Positions 41,992 to 52,890 of a stretch of 64,000 nt of DNA are shown here, one piece after another (position 1 is the stretch's first letter; each line of letters starts with the position of its first letter). This DNA comes from Alphaproteobacteria bacterium (GTDB lineage: Bacteria > Pseudomonadota > Alphaproteobacteria > MPNO01), in assembly GCA_964291675.2 (NCBI GenBank), contig OZ219866.1:1856001-1920000 (forward strand), written 5' to 3'. Both the position numbers and the translations under genes were made by a program. Below the pieces are notes generated by a model. It had not been told where the DNA came from, ran no database searches, and was given only the letters and a program-made list of their open reading frames with translations.

Positions 41992-42866
41992 GGGGCTTAT
42001 CACCGCTACTCGACGGAACGTCAGCTGGCGCAGACCGGCGGCGGGAACGCCGCCCGCACGGCCGCCGGTTGGGAGGGGTGGCGCCAGTGGGTGCCCGGAT
42101 CAAGTCCGGGCATGACGGGGTGGGGGGCATGGCGACGGGGCGGGCCGCGCCCGGCTCTTCCTGCTTCTCCACCGCCACCACCACCACGTCATGGCCGGAC
42201 TTGATCCGGCCATCCATACCCCTCCGCACGCACGGCGACTCGTGTGGAGGCATGGCGATCGGGGCGGGCCGCACCCGGCTCTCCATGCACCGCTCATGGA
42301 TGCTCGGAACAAGTCCACTGCTGTGCGGTTTAGATTTTCGACGCGGGCTCCGCGCCCGTGAGCATCTGCATCTCCGCTCCCGCTGTTACCCCTACGTCAT
42401 GGCCGGCCCCCGGATCAAGTCCGGGGGTGATCCGGCCATCCACGCGGCCTCTCCGCCCGCACGACGGTCCGACGAGAGGGGCGGCGGCGCCCATGGATGC
42501 CCGGATCAAGTCCGGGCATGACGAGGGAGGGCCGAGGGCGACGGCGGCATGCGACGACGCGTCGCGCGTGTCGCGATCCGTGTCCCGATCCGGCGGATGG
42601 GCCGGAAATCCGCGCGTACCGAGGCTTTGCGCCCGGTCCAGCTCATCCAAACCGGACAGCAGTGGACTCGATCCGGGCATCCACTGGCGCCGCCGCTCCT
42701 CCCGACGGGGCGTTGTACCGGTGGCGCCAGTGGTTGCGCGGATCAAGTCCGCGCATGGGTGGCCGGATCAAGTCCGGCCATGACGGGGTGGTGGTGGCGG
42801 TGGAGGAGTACGGGAGCCGGGGGCGGCCCGCCCGCCCGTGGGTGCCCGGAACGAGTCCGGGGTGAC
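41992..42866. mobile_element. Degenerate MITE-like copy D / palindrome cluster (left TIR only)
   Basis: CTTCGATA at 41984-41991 followed by GGGGCTTATCACCGCTACTCGACG; shares modules with copy A; no right TIR found; nested 20-bp inverted repeat at 42312-42331 and 42649-42668. Confidence 0.65.
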
Positions 42867-42884
42867 ACAGGGGCCGGCGGCCGC

Positions 42885-43733
42885 TCACCCCATCAGCGCG
42901 CGGATGTATCCCGGCAGGCCGAAGGCGGCGAGGTGGACCTCCGGCGTGTAGTAGCGGGTCTCGATGCCGGCGGCGCGGAAGCGGCGTTCGATCTCGGCGA
43001 GCGGGGTGGCGCGGGGCGCGGCGCTCCGGCTGCCCCAGCCCAGCGTCATGAAGCCCGCCCCGTAGGTCGGCACCTGGGTGAGGTAGAGCCAGGCGTCGGC
43101 GAACAGCGTCCGCATCCGCCGATAGGTGCCGCGCGCCTCGTCTTCCTGCATGAAGGTGACGCCCGACTGGGCGACCAGGATGCCCGACTCGCCGAGCCGG
43201 GCGCGGCAGTCGGCGTAGAATTCCTGCTCGAACAGCGCGACCGACGAGCCGACGGGATCGGTCGAATCGACGACGATCACGTCGAAGACCTCGTCGGTCT
43301 CCTTCATGAAGGCGGCGCCGTCGGCGAAAATCACCTCGGCGCGCGGGTCGTCGAAGGCATCGCCGCAGATCGACGGCAGGTAGCGGCGCGACAGCTCGAC
43401 GACGGCGGGGTCGAGCTCGATCAGCGCGACCCGCTCGACATCGTGCTTCAAGGCCTCTTCCAGCGCGCCGCCGTCGCCGCCGCCCACGATCGCCACCCGC
43501 CGCGCCGCCCCGTGGGCGAGGATCGGCACGTGGACCAGCATCTCGTGATAGGCGAACTCGTCGCCCTCGGTGGTCTGGACGATGCCGTCGAGCGCCAGCA
43601 CCCGTCCGAAATACGGGTTCTCGAAGATCAGCAGGTCCTGGTAGCCGGTGCGTTCGCGGTGCAGGATCTTCGAGACCCTGAGGCTCTGCCGGTAGTCCTT
43701 GTAGAGGACTTCGGTGAACCATTCCTCGCTCAC
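42885..43733 (-). CDS. speE: Polyamine aminopropyltransferase (spermidine synthase)
   Basis: FGRVLALDGIVQTTEGDEFAYHEMLVHVP, IVGGGDGG, FDVIVVDSTDPVG. Confidence 0.95.
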   Translation of the reverse strand: MSEEWFTEVLYKDYRQSLRVSKILHRERTGYQDLLIFENPYFGRVLALDGIVQTTEGDEFAYHEMLVHVPILAHGAARRVAIVGGGDGGALEEALKHDVERVALIELDPAVVELSRRYLPSICGDAFDDPRAEVIFADGAAFMKETDEVFDVIVVDSTDPVGSSVALFEQEFYADCRARLGESGILVAQSGVTFMQEDEARGTYRRMRTLFADAWLYLTQVPTYGAGFMTLGWGSRSAAPRATPLAEIERRFRAAGIETRYYTPEVHLAAFGLPGYIRALMG

Positions 43734-44125
43734 CCGACGACGCCCCGCCTGCGCTCCTCGACCGCCTCGCGGCCGGGCCGGTAGCGGCGCCTGAGCACCG
43801 GGACCGCGTTGCCCGGCTCGCAGCTTCCGCACATGAAGACGTCGAAGGCGGCGTAGCCGATCTCCGGCCAGGTGTGGACGCTGATATGCGACTCGGCGAG
43901 CACCGCGACCCCGGAGACGCCGCCGTTCTCCTCGAACCTGTGCACGTGGATGTGGAGGATCGTCGCGCCGCAGGCCTCGGACGCCTCGCGCAGCGCGGCC
44001 TCGGCGACGGCGATGTCGTCGAGACGGGAGGCGTCCCAGAAGTCGATCAGCAGATGGGTGCCCGCATGGACCGCGCCTTCGCTGCGGACGAGGTAGTCGC
44101 CGGCGGGCGGGGCGATGTCGGCCAT
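43730..44125 (-). CDS. speD: S-adenosylmethionine decarboxylase proenzyme
   Basis: GTHLLIDFW, GGVSGVAVLAESHISVHTWPE (E-S self-cleavage site), DVFMCG. Confidence 0.95.
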   Translation of the reverse strand: MADIAPPAGDYLVRSEGAVHAGTHLLIDFWDASRLDDIAVAEAALREASEACGATILHIHVHRFEENGGVSGVAVLAESHISVHTWPEIGYAAFDVFMCGSCEPGNAVPVLRRRYRPGREAVEERRRGVVG

Positions 44126-44134
44126 CGGGTCCGG

Positions 44135-45913
<1,779 letters not shown>

Positions 45914-45934
45914 GGCAAGAGTCCTCGTGGCGGG

Positions 45935-47371
45935 TCAGGGGTCCGGCGGGGCCAGCACCTTGCCCGGGTTCATCAGGTTGTCGGGGTCGAGCGCCTGCTT
46001 GATCCGGCGCATCAGGTCGATGGCGATTCCGGGCTTGTAGCGGAGCAGCGCCTCGCGCTTGAGCTGGCCGATCCCGTGCTCGGCGCTGATGCTGCCGCCG
46101 TGGCGCGCGGCGGCGTCGTGGACGATGGCGTTGAGCTCGCTCTCGCGCTCCAGGAACGCCGCCCCGTCGCCGCCCGCCGGCTGGCTCATGTTGAAGTGCA
46201 GATTGCCGTCGCCGACATGGCCGAAGGCGCAGACCCGGACGCCGTCGACCGCCGCCCCGGCCGCCGCCGCCGCCTCTTCCATGAAGGCGGGGATGCGCGA
46301 GACCGGCACCGAGACGTCGTGCTTGATCGAGACCCCGTCGCGCGTCTGGGCCTCGGGGACGGTCTCGCGGATTTTCCAGAAATCGGCCGCCTGGGCGCCG
46401 CTCTCGGCGATCACCGCGTCGCGCACCAGCCCGTCCTCCATCGCCTCGGCGAGCAGCGACTCCATCCGGCCGCGCACGTCGTCGGCCTCCGAGCCGGCCG
46501 AGAGCTCGGCGAGCACGTAGCACGGGTGGCGGTCGGCAAAGGGATCGCGGGTGCCCTCGATCCGGGCGATGGTCATCTCGAAGGGGAGCCGCAGGATGAG
46601 CTCGAACGCCGTCACCCGGTCGCCCGTCGCCGCCCGCGCGCGGGCGAGCAGCTCGACCGCGGCCGCCGGGTCGTCGATCGCCACCAGCGCGGTCTCCACC
46701 GCCCGCGGGCGGGGAAACAGCTTCAGCACCGCCGCGGTGATGATGCCGAGCGTCCCCTCCGCGCCGATGAACAGATGCTTGAGGTCGTAGCCGGTATTGT
46801 CCTTCCTGAGCGCCGACAGCCCGTCCCAGACCCGCCCGTCGGGCAGCACGACCTCGAGCCCCAGCGCGAGGTCGCGCGCATTGCCGTAGCGCAGCACCCC
46901 GGTGCCGCCCGCGTTGGTCGACAGATTGCCGCCGATCCGCGCCGTCCCCTCGCCGCCGAGCGAGAGCGGGAACAGCCGGTCGGCCTCCGCCGCCGCCTTC
47001 TGCACGTCGGCCAGGATCACGCCGGCCTCGACGGTGATGGTGTAGTTGAGCGGATCGACCTCGCGCACCCGGTTGAGCCGCGCCAGGCTGAGAACCAGCG
47101 CGCGGCCGCTCGGATCCGGCGTCGCCGCGCCGCAGAGCCCGGTATTGCCGCCCTGCGGCACGATGGGGATTTTTTCGCCCGCGCACAGCGCGACCACCCG
47201 GGCGACCTCGCCGGTGGTCGACGGGCGGACCACCGCCTGCGCCGCCCCGCGGTAGCGCTTGCGCTCGTCGACCAGATAGGGCGCCATGTCGGCCGCCCCG
47301 GTCAGCAGCCCGCCGGCGCCGACGACGGCGGTCAGGCGCTCGCGCAGCGCGGGTTCGAGCGTGGCATCCAT
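45935..47371 (-). CDS. FAD-binding D-2-hydroxyacid oxidoreductase
   Basis: PQGGNTGL, IGGNLSTNAGG, LRKDNTGYDLK, HVGDGNLH, SISAEHGIG, MNPGKV. Confidence 0.92.
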   Translation of the reverse strand: MDATLEPALRERLTAVVGAGGLLTGAADMAPYLVDERKRYRGAAQAVVRPSTTGEVARVVALCAGEKIPIVPQGGNTGLCGAATPDPSGRALVLSLARLNRVREVDPLNYTITVEAGVILADVQKAAAEADRLFPLSLGGEGTARIGGNLSTNAGGTGVLRYGNARDLALGLEVVLPDGRVWDGLSALRKDNTGYDLKHLFIGAEGTLGIITAAVLKLFPRPRAVETALVAIDDPAAAVELLARARAATGDRVTAFELILRLPFEMTIARIEGTRDPFADRHPCYVLAELSAGSEADDVRGRMESLLAEAMEDGLVRDAVIAESGAQAADFWKIRETVPEAQTRDGVSIKHDVSVPVSRIPAFMEEAAAAAGAAVDGVRVCAFGHVGDGNLHFNMSQPAGGDGAAFLERESELNAIVHDAAARHGGSISAEHGIGQLKREALLRYKPGIAIDLMRRIKQALDPDNLMNPGKVLAPPDP

Positions 47372-47403
47372 GCGTGACTTTTAACCCGCATGTCTCGCCG
47401 CTG

Positions 47404-48359
47404 TCACGGGCGCGGCGCGGCGGCGCGGCGCAGCCGGTCCATGATCGCGCGGCCGAGCCCGTCCTCCGGCACCGGCATGGCGACGATCGCCGCGCAGCCG
47501 CTGCGGTCGAGCTCGTGCAGCGCGGCGAACAGATTGGCCGCCGCCTCGACCGGATTCCCGCGGGGCTCAGATTGCGCTCGACCGCGGCGCCCGGCGGCGC
47601 ATCGGGGCCGAAGGACAGCAGCGCCTCGCCGGGCCCGGCGCCCCGGGCGTCGATCCTGAGCGGCAGCTTGGGCGCGTAGTGGCTCGCGAGCTGGCCCGGC
47701 GAGCGCGGCGCGGCGCCTGGCCCGGGCGCCGCCAGCGGACCGATCAGCGCCTCGATCTCCTCCGCCGGCGTGCCGCCGGGGCGGAGCAGCCGGGCGGTCG
47801 CGCCGCTGAGATCGACCACGGTCGACTCGATGCCGACCGCGCAGGGCCCGTCGTCGAGCACCAGGTCGACCGCATCGCCGAGCGCATCCAGCACATGCCG
47901 GGCGCGGGTCGGGCTGACGGCGCCGGCCGCGTTGGCGCTCGGCGCGGCGACCGGCAGGCCGGTCTCCGCCAGCAGCGCCTCCGCCGCCTGCCCGCGCGGC
48001 GCCCGGACGGCGAGCGTCGGCAGCCCGGACCCGGCCAGCATCGAGACCGGGCAGCCCGGGCGCCGCGGCAGCACCAGCGAGAGCGGGCCCGGCCAGAACC
48101 GTTCCGCGAGGGTCTCCGCTTGCTCGGTCCACGCCACCAGCGAGCGGGCCGCCTCGACCCCCGTCACGTGGACGATCAGCGGGTTGAATGCCGGGCGGCG
48201 CTTGGCCTCGAACAGGCGGGCGACGGCGCGCCCGTCGGTCGCATCGGCGCCGAGCCCGTAGACCGTCTCCGTCGGGAAGGCGACCAGGCCGCCGGCGCGC
48301 AGCACCCGGGCGGCCTCGGCGATGGCCGCCGGGCCGGGCTCAAGCGCCGTCGCGCCCAC
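47404..48359 (-). CDS. sua5: L-threonylcarbamoyladenylate synthase (Sua5) with an apparent 1-bp frameshift near 47557
   Basis: AFPTETVYGLGA, KRRPAFNPLIVH, APSAN, SPGQLASHYAP in one frame; EAAANLFAALHELD...GLGRAIMDRLRRAAAP continues in another; span of 956 bp is one base short of a codon multiple. Confidence 0.85.
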
Positions 48360-49116
48360 GGGCGATGAACTCCGGGTTCAGGAACCCCGGCTTGCCGTAG
48401 CGGAGCGGCGCGCCGCCGGTCGTCCGCACGCTGCCGCCGGCGGCGCGCAGGACGGCGTCGCCCGCGGCGGTGTCCCACTCGTTGGTCTCGCCGTAGCGCG
48501 GGTAGAGATCGCCCTCGCCGGCGGCGAGCAGGCAGAACTTGAGCGAGCTCCCGACAATGCGGTGGGTGGAGATCTTCATGCCCGCGAGCAGCTCGGCGAG
48601 CCTCTCGCGGTCGCCATGCCTGCGGCTCGACAGCACCGCCGGGCCCCCGGCGGGCACCTTCCGGGCCGAGATCGGCTCGCGCGCGCCGCCCCGCCGCGAC
48701 CGCCACGCAGGCCCCGGCGCGAGCCCGCCATAGGTCACCCCGAGCGCCGGCGCATGCACCGCGCCCAGCACCGGCGCCCGGTCCTCGATCAGCGCGATGT
48801 TGACGGTGAACTCGTCGGTCTCGCCCAAAAATTCCCGGGTTCCGTCCAGCGGATCGACCAGCCAGAACCGTTCGCCGCCCTGTTCCGGCGCGGCGCCGGC
48901 GGCGGCCTCCTCCTCGGCGATTGCCGGGATGCCGGGGTCGAGCGCGCGGAGCGCCCGGAGGATCAGCGCCTCCGCCTCGCGGTCGGCGATCGTGACCGGC
49001 GAGGCGTCCGCCTTGCGCTCGACGGCGACGCCGGTGCGGTAATGGCGGAGGATCGCCCGCCCGGCCTCCTCGGCGATCGCCGCGACGCGGTCGAGCAGGG
49101 CGGGGCCGGCCTTCAA
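48340..49116 (-). CDS. cysQ: 3'(2'),5'-bisphosphate nucleotidase
   Basis: KADASPVTIAD, FWLVDPLDGTREF, EFTVNIALI, GSSLKFC, EWDTAAG. Confidence 0.93.
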   Translation of the reverse strand: MKAGPALLDRVAAIAEEAGRAILRHYRTGVAVERKADASPVTIADREAEALILRALRALDPGIPAIAEEEAAAGAAPEQGGERFWLVDPLDGTREFLGETDEFTVNIALIEDRAPVLGAVHAPALGVTYGGLAPGPAWRSRRGGAREPISARKVPAGGPAVLSSRRHGDRERLAELLAGMKISTHRIVGSSLKFCLLAAGEGDLYPRYGETNEWDTAAGDAVLRAAGGSVRTTGGAPLRYGKPGFLNPEFIARGRDGA

Positions 49117-49958
49117 CGCGCCCCGGGCCAGGCGGCGGCCGTCCCCGCGCCGGGCCAGGCGGCCGGCGCGCGGGCGGCCTCGGCGGCCTCCGCGGGGGGC
49201 AGCGCCGGGTCCCAGTCATTGCCGACGAAGCGGCAATCCGTCACCCCGTCCGAGGCGTCCGAGGCGAGCCAGAGCAGCGGCGCCACCATCACGCCGGGCT
49301 GGACCAGGGCGTCGCGGTCGAACGGCGCGTTGGCGGGGATGAAGCCGGTATTGGTGGGCCCGCCCGGGACCAGCACGTTGGCGGTCACCCCGGTGCCCTC
49401 CAGATCCTTGGCCCAGCTCGAGGTCGCCGCCTCCAGCGCCGCCTTCGACTGGCCGTAGGGGGTGTAGGCCTTGCGGTGCATGGTATCGAGGCTGGTGGTG
49501 ACGTTGACGATGCGGCCCCAGCCCTGGGCCACCAGATGCGGCGCGGCGAGCCTGGCGATCATGAAGGGCGCCTTGAAGTTCACGTCCATCATGCGCTGCC
49601 AGCGCTCGATATCGGCCTCCCAGAACGACACCGGCTCGTTCATGTAGGTCTCGCGGATGGTCTGCATGCCGACGCCGGCGTTGTTGACCACGATGTGGAG
49701 CCCGCCGAGGGCGCCGTTCGCGCGGGCGACCAGCGCGGCGCAGGCGGTGGAGTCGGTTATGTCGGCCGCCATGGTGTCGAGACGGCCGGGCCCGTTGCGC
49801 GCGCGCGCCGCCTCGGCCAGCGCCGCCAGCGGCTCGGCGCGCATGTCGACGGCGAGCACGTCGGCCCCGTCGCCGACCAGGCCGAGCGACATCGCGCTAC
49901 CCATGCCGCCGCCGCCGCCGGTGACGATCGCGACCTTGCCGGCCAGGGGTTCCGCCAC
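49113..49958 (-). CDS. SDR family oxidoreductase
   Basis: TGGGGGMG, NNAG, YGQSK (YxxxK). Confidence 0.88.
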   Translation of the reverse strand: MAEPLAGKVAIVTGGGGGMGSAMSLGLVGDGADVLAVDMRAEPLAALAEAARARNGPGRLDTMAADITDSTACAALVARANGALGGLHIVVNNAGVGMQTIRETYMNEPVSFWEADIERWQRMMDVNFKAPFMIARLAAPHLVAQGWGRIVNVTTSLDTMHRKAYTPYGQSKAALEAATSSWAKDLEGTGVTANVLVPGGPTNTGFIPANAPFDRDALVQPGVMVAPLLWLASDASDGVTDCRFVGNDWDPALPPAEAAEAARAPAAWPGAGTAAAWPGAR

Positions 49959-50066
49959 GAATACCTCCCATCGCGCGGTTTCAGAGTGCGCGCGGAACTT
50001 ACTTGCGGCAATCCCGGCGGACAACCGCGCGGACCGGCGCCGCCCGGCGGGCGATCCCGCGGCCGG

Positions 50067-50420
50067 TCACGCGGCGTGGGGCTCGATCTCGCGTTCGATC
50101 CTGTCGCGCAGCCCGCGTTCGGCAATTTCCAGGTCGTACCGGGTCTGTAGATTCATCCAGAACTCCGGCGTCGTGCCGAAATAGCGCCCCAGGCGCAGCG
50201 CGGTGTCGACGCTCACGCCCCTTCGGCCCTGCACGAGATCGTTCAGCCGCGGCCGCGAGACCCTGAGCGCTTTGGCGAGCCGGTACACGCTGAGCGCCAT
50301 CGGCGTCAGGAACTCGTCGCGCAACACCTCGCCGGGATGCACCGGCGCCAGCCGCCGTCCGGCAACGACATCCGAGAAATCGATCCGCCGCCGGTCGACA
50401 TCCTCTCGCTCGATGGTCAT
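50067..50420 (-). CDS. higA: HigA family antitoxin
   Basis: HPGEVLRDEFL...LAKALRVSRPRLNDLVQGRRGVSVDTALRLGRYFGTTPEFWMNLQ. Confidence 0.92.
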   Translation of the reverse strand: MTIEREDVDRRRIDFSDVVAGRRLAPVHPGEVLRDEFLTPMALSVYRLAKALRVSRPRLNDLVQGRRGVSVDTALRLGRYFGTTPEFWMNLQTRYDLEIAERGLRDRIEREIEPHAA

Positions 50421-50433
50421 GGCATGCCGCCCT

Positions 50434-50482
50434 TCAACGATAATCGACGATCTCGACCTCCCAGGCGGCGCCCTCGCGCCTG
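50434..50482 (-). pseudogene. higB: 3' remnant of a HigB/RelE toxin gene
   Basis: Minus strand reads REGAAWEVEIVDYR-stop just upstream of higA, matching the HigB C-terminal VEIVDYH motif; the rest is missing. Confidence 0.65.
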
Positions 50483-50541
50483 CTCGGGATGAACATAGAG
50501 GACTCCCTCACCCTGGGTAGCGGCGGAGCCGCGTATCGAAG

Positions 50542-50999
50542 GAGGCTTATACCGAATACTTGACGGGCGGGACGCCAACGACACTTCTTCCGTCATGCCC
50601 GGCCCCCGCTCCTTCTCCCCGTTGCTTCACCGACACTCCCGCTACTCCCCACCCCGTCATGCCCGGACTTGATCCGGGCACCCATGGCCGGACTTGATCC
50701 GGCCACCCACCGGCGCCGCCCCCCACCGGCCGTTGTGCGCGCCGAGCCGATAGCCGCCGAGAGGCCGCATGGGTGCCCGGGCGGGAGGCGCCGTGGTGGC
50801 AGTGGGTGCCCGGATCACCCCCGGACTTGATCCAGGGGCCGGGGCATGACGAGGGGGGTGCATGACGGGGGGTGCATGACGAGGTGGGGAGGCATGGCGA
50901 GCGTTCCGACGTTCGGGCGCGACGCCGGGGATCGCCGGCGGGCGCGCCGCCCCCCGTGACGCCCGGCCCCCGCTCCGTCAAGTAATCTGGATAAGCCCC
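50542..50999. mobile_element. MITE-like element copy E (TSD TATCGAAG)
   Basis: GAGGCTTATACCGAATACTTGACG at 50542; CGTCAAGTAATCTGGATAAGCCCC ending 50999; TATCGAAG at 50534-50541 and 51000-51007. Confidence 0.82.
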
Positions 51000-51913
51000 T
51001 ATCGAAGGGCGGCCAGGCGGCACCCACGGCGTGGATCACCAGCCACGCGCCCATGGCGAATTCGGGCGGGATCGCGATCGCGCTTCCGGCAAGCTCGGCG
51101 ACGGGCACGCCGGCGGATTCGACGAAGCGCCTTGTCGCCGCGATATCGGCGCTTTCGAGGATTGCGGCGGCGATGAAGGGGAGGCTCGGCGGGCGGGCGG
51201 CGGGGAGGATGCGGGCGAGCCCGGCGGGGTCGACGAAATCGAGCCGGCCGCGGTCGAGCGCGACGGTCGACGGTCGCCGCCGCCGCCTCGCGCCCGGTGA
51301 AGCGGGCATGACGGGCGGCGGCCTCGGCAGGGTCGTCGGTGCAGACCAGGACGCCCGCGAGCCCGGCGAGCGCGTTGTCGCGGGCGATCGCCGAGTCCTG
51401 CCAGACGAGGTCGGGCGTCTCGTGGCGCAGGATCTGCATGCGGCCCTCCGCCATGGTGCCGGGCGGGACGCGCAGCACCGAGAACGCGGCCTCTTCCTCG
51501 CCGCCGCCGTCGACCGGCATCGGCCGGCGCAGATGGGCCACGGGCCGCGGCGCAAACCCGGCTTCCTCCAGCCGCCGCGCCTCGGCGTCGGTGTCGTCGA
51601 CCGAATACGCGATCAGGTGCAGCCCCTCATGGCGGGCGACCGCCTCGCGGTGGGCGCGCGCGAACGGCGTGTCGAGCCCCGCCACGTCGGTCAGGATCTC
51701 CAGATAGCCGCGCCGCAGCATGGCGCAGCGATTGGCGGTGCCGGTCGGCACGCGCTCGCCCGCCGCGTCTTCGTTGCGGTGGATCGTGAACGGGGTCAGC
51801 GGGAAGCCGAGGCGGGCGAACGCCCCGGATGCCGCGTCCATGTCGGAGACGAACCAGCCGACATGGTCGAGGAAGATCTCCCCCGGGGCGGGGGTCTGTG
51901 CGGCGGCGCTCAG
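51000..51913 (-). pseudogene. VOC / glyoxalase-like protein, frameshifted by a 7-bp duplication, 3' end hit by MITE copy E
   Basis: LDHVGWFV...LGFPLTP...GTANRCAMLRRGYLEIL N-terminus; GACGGTC duplicated at 51262-51275; C-terminal part ALDRGRLDF...GAWLVIH lies in a shifted frame. Confidence 0.7.
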
Positions 51914-52872
51914 TCGTCCCAGACCTCTTCCCAGCTTCCCTGGGTCGCCGCCTTGGAATACTCCGTCGCCCGGTTCTCGAAGAAGTTGGTGTGCTCCATG
52001 CCGTTGAGCATCTCGTCCATCCAGGGCAGCGGGTTGCGCTCGGTGCGGTAGATCGGCTGCAGGCCGAGCTGAGACAGGCGGCGGTCGGCGATGTAGCGGA
52101 TGTACTGCTTGACCTCCGCCCCGGTCAGCCCCTCCACGCCGCCGAGCTCGAAGGCGAGGTCGATGAACGCGTCCTCGTGCTCCACCACGGTGTTGCAGAT
52201 CGTGTAGAGCTCGCGCTGGAACGCCTCGGTCCAGATCTCCCGGTTCTCGTCGATGAAGGTGCGGAACAGGTGGACGATCGAATCCGTGTGCAGCGACTCG
52301 TCGCGCACCGACCAGGAGACGATCTGGCCCATCCCCTTCATCTTGTTGACGCGCGGGAAGTTCATCAGGATCGCGAAGCTGGCGAACAGCTGGAGCCCTT
52401 CGGTGAAGGCGCCGAACACGGCCAGCGTCTTGGCGATGTCCTCCTTGGTGTCGGTGCCGAATTGCTGCATGAAGTCGTACTTGTCCTTCATCTCCTTGTA
52501 GCGGAGGAAGGCCTGGTACTCGGTCTCCGGCATGCCGATGGTGTCGAGCAGATGCGAGTAGGCGGCGATGTGGACGGTCTCCATGTTGGAGAACGCCGAC
52601 AGCATCATCTGCACCTCGGTCGGCTCGAACACGCGGGCGTAGTGCCGCATGTAGCAGTTGTTCACCTCGATGTCGGACTGGGTGAAGAAGCGGAAGATCT
52701 GGGTCAGCGTATGGCGCTCTTCCGCGCTCAGCTTGTTGTGCCAGTCCTTGACGTCGTCGGCGAGCGGCACCTCCTCGGGCAGCCAGTGGATGCGCTGCTG
52801 GGTGAGCCAGGCGTCATAGGCCCAGGGGTAGCGGAAGGGCTTGTAGACTCCGTTCGAATCGAGCAGCGACAT
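51910..52872 (-). CDS. nrdB: Class Ia ribonucleotide reductase, beta subunit
   Basis: YKPFRYPWA, HWLPEEV, FFTQSD, METVH..AY, TEGLQLF, RDESLH, HTNFFENRATEY. Confidence 0.95.
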   Translation of the reverse strand: MSLLDSNGVYKPFRYPWAYDAWLTQQRIHWLPEEVPLADDVKDWHNKLSAEERHTLTQIFRFFTQSDIEVNNCYMRHYARVFEPTEVQMMLSAFSNMETVHIAAYSHLLDTIGMPETEYQAFLRYKEMKDKYDFMQQFGTDTKEDIAKTLAVFGAFTEGLQLFASFAILMNFPRVNKMKGMGQIVSWSVRDESLHTDSIVHLFRTFIDENREIWTEAFQRELYTICNTVVEHEDAFIDLAFELGGVEGLTGAEVKQYIRYIADRRLSQLGLQPIYRTERNPLPWMDEMLNGMEHTNFFENRATEYSKAATQGSWEEVWDD

Positions 52873-52890
52873 CGGCGTTCCTACCCGGAC

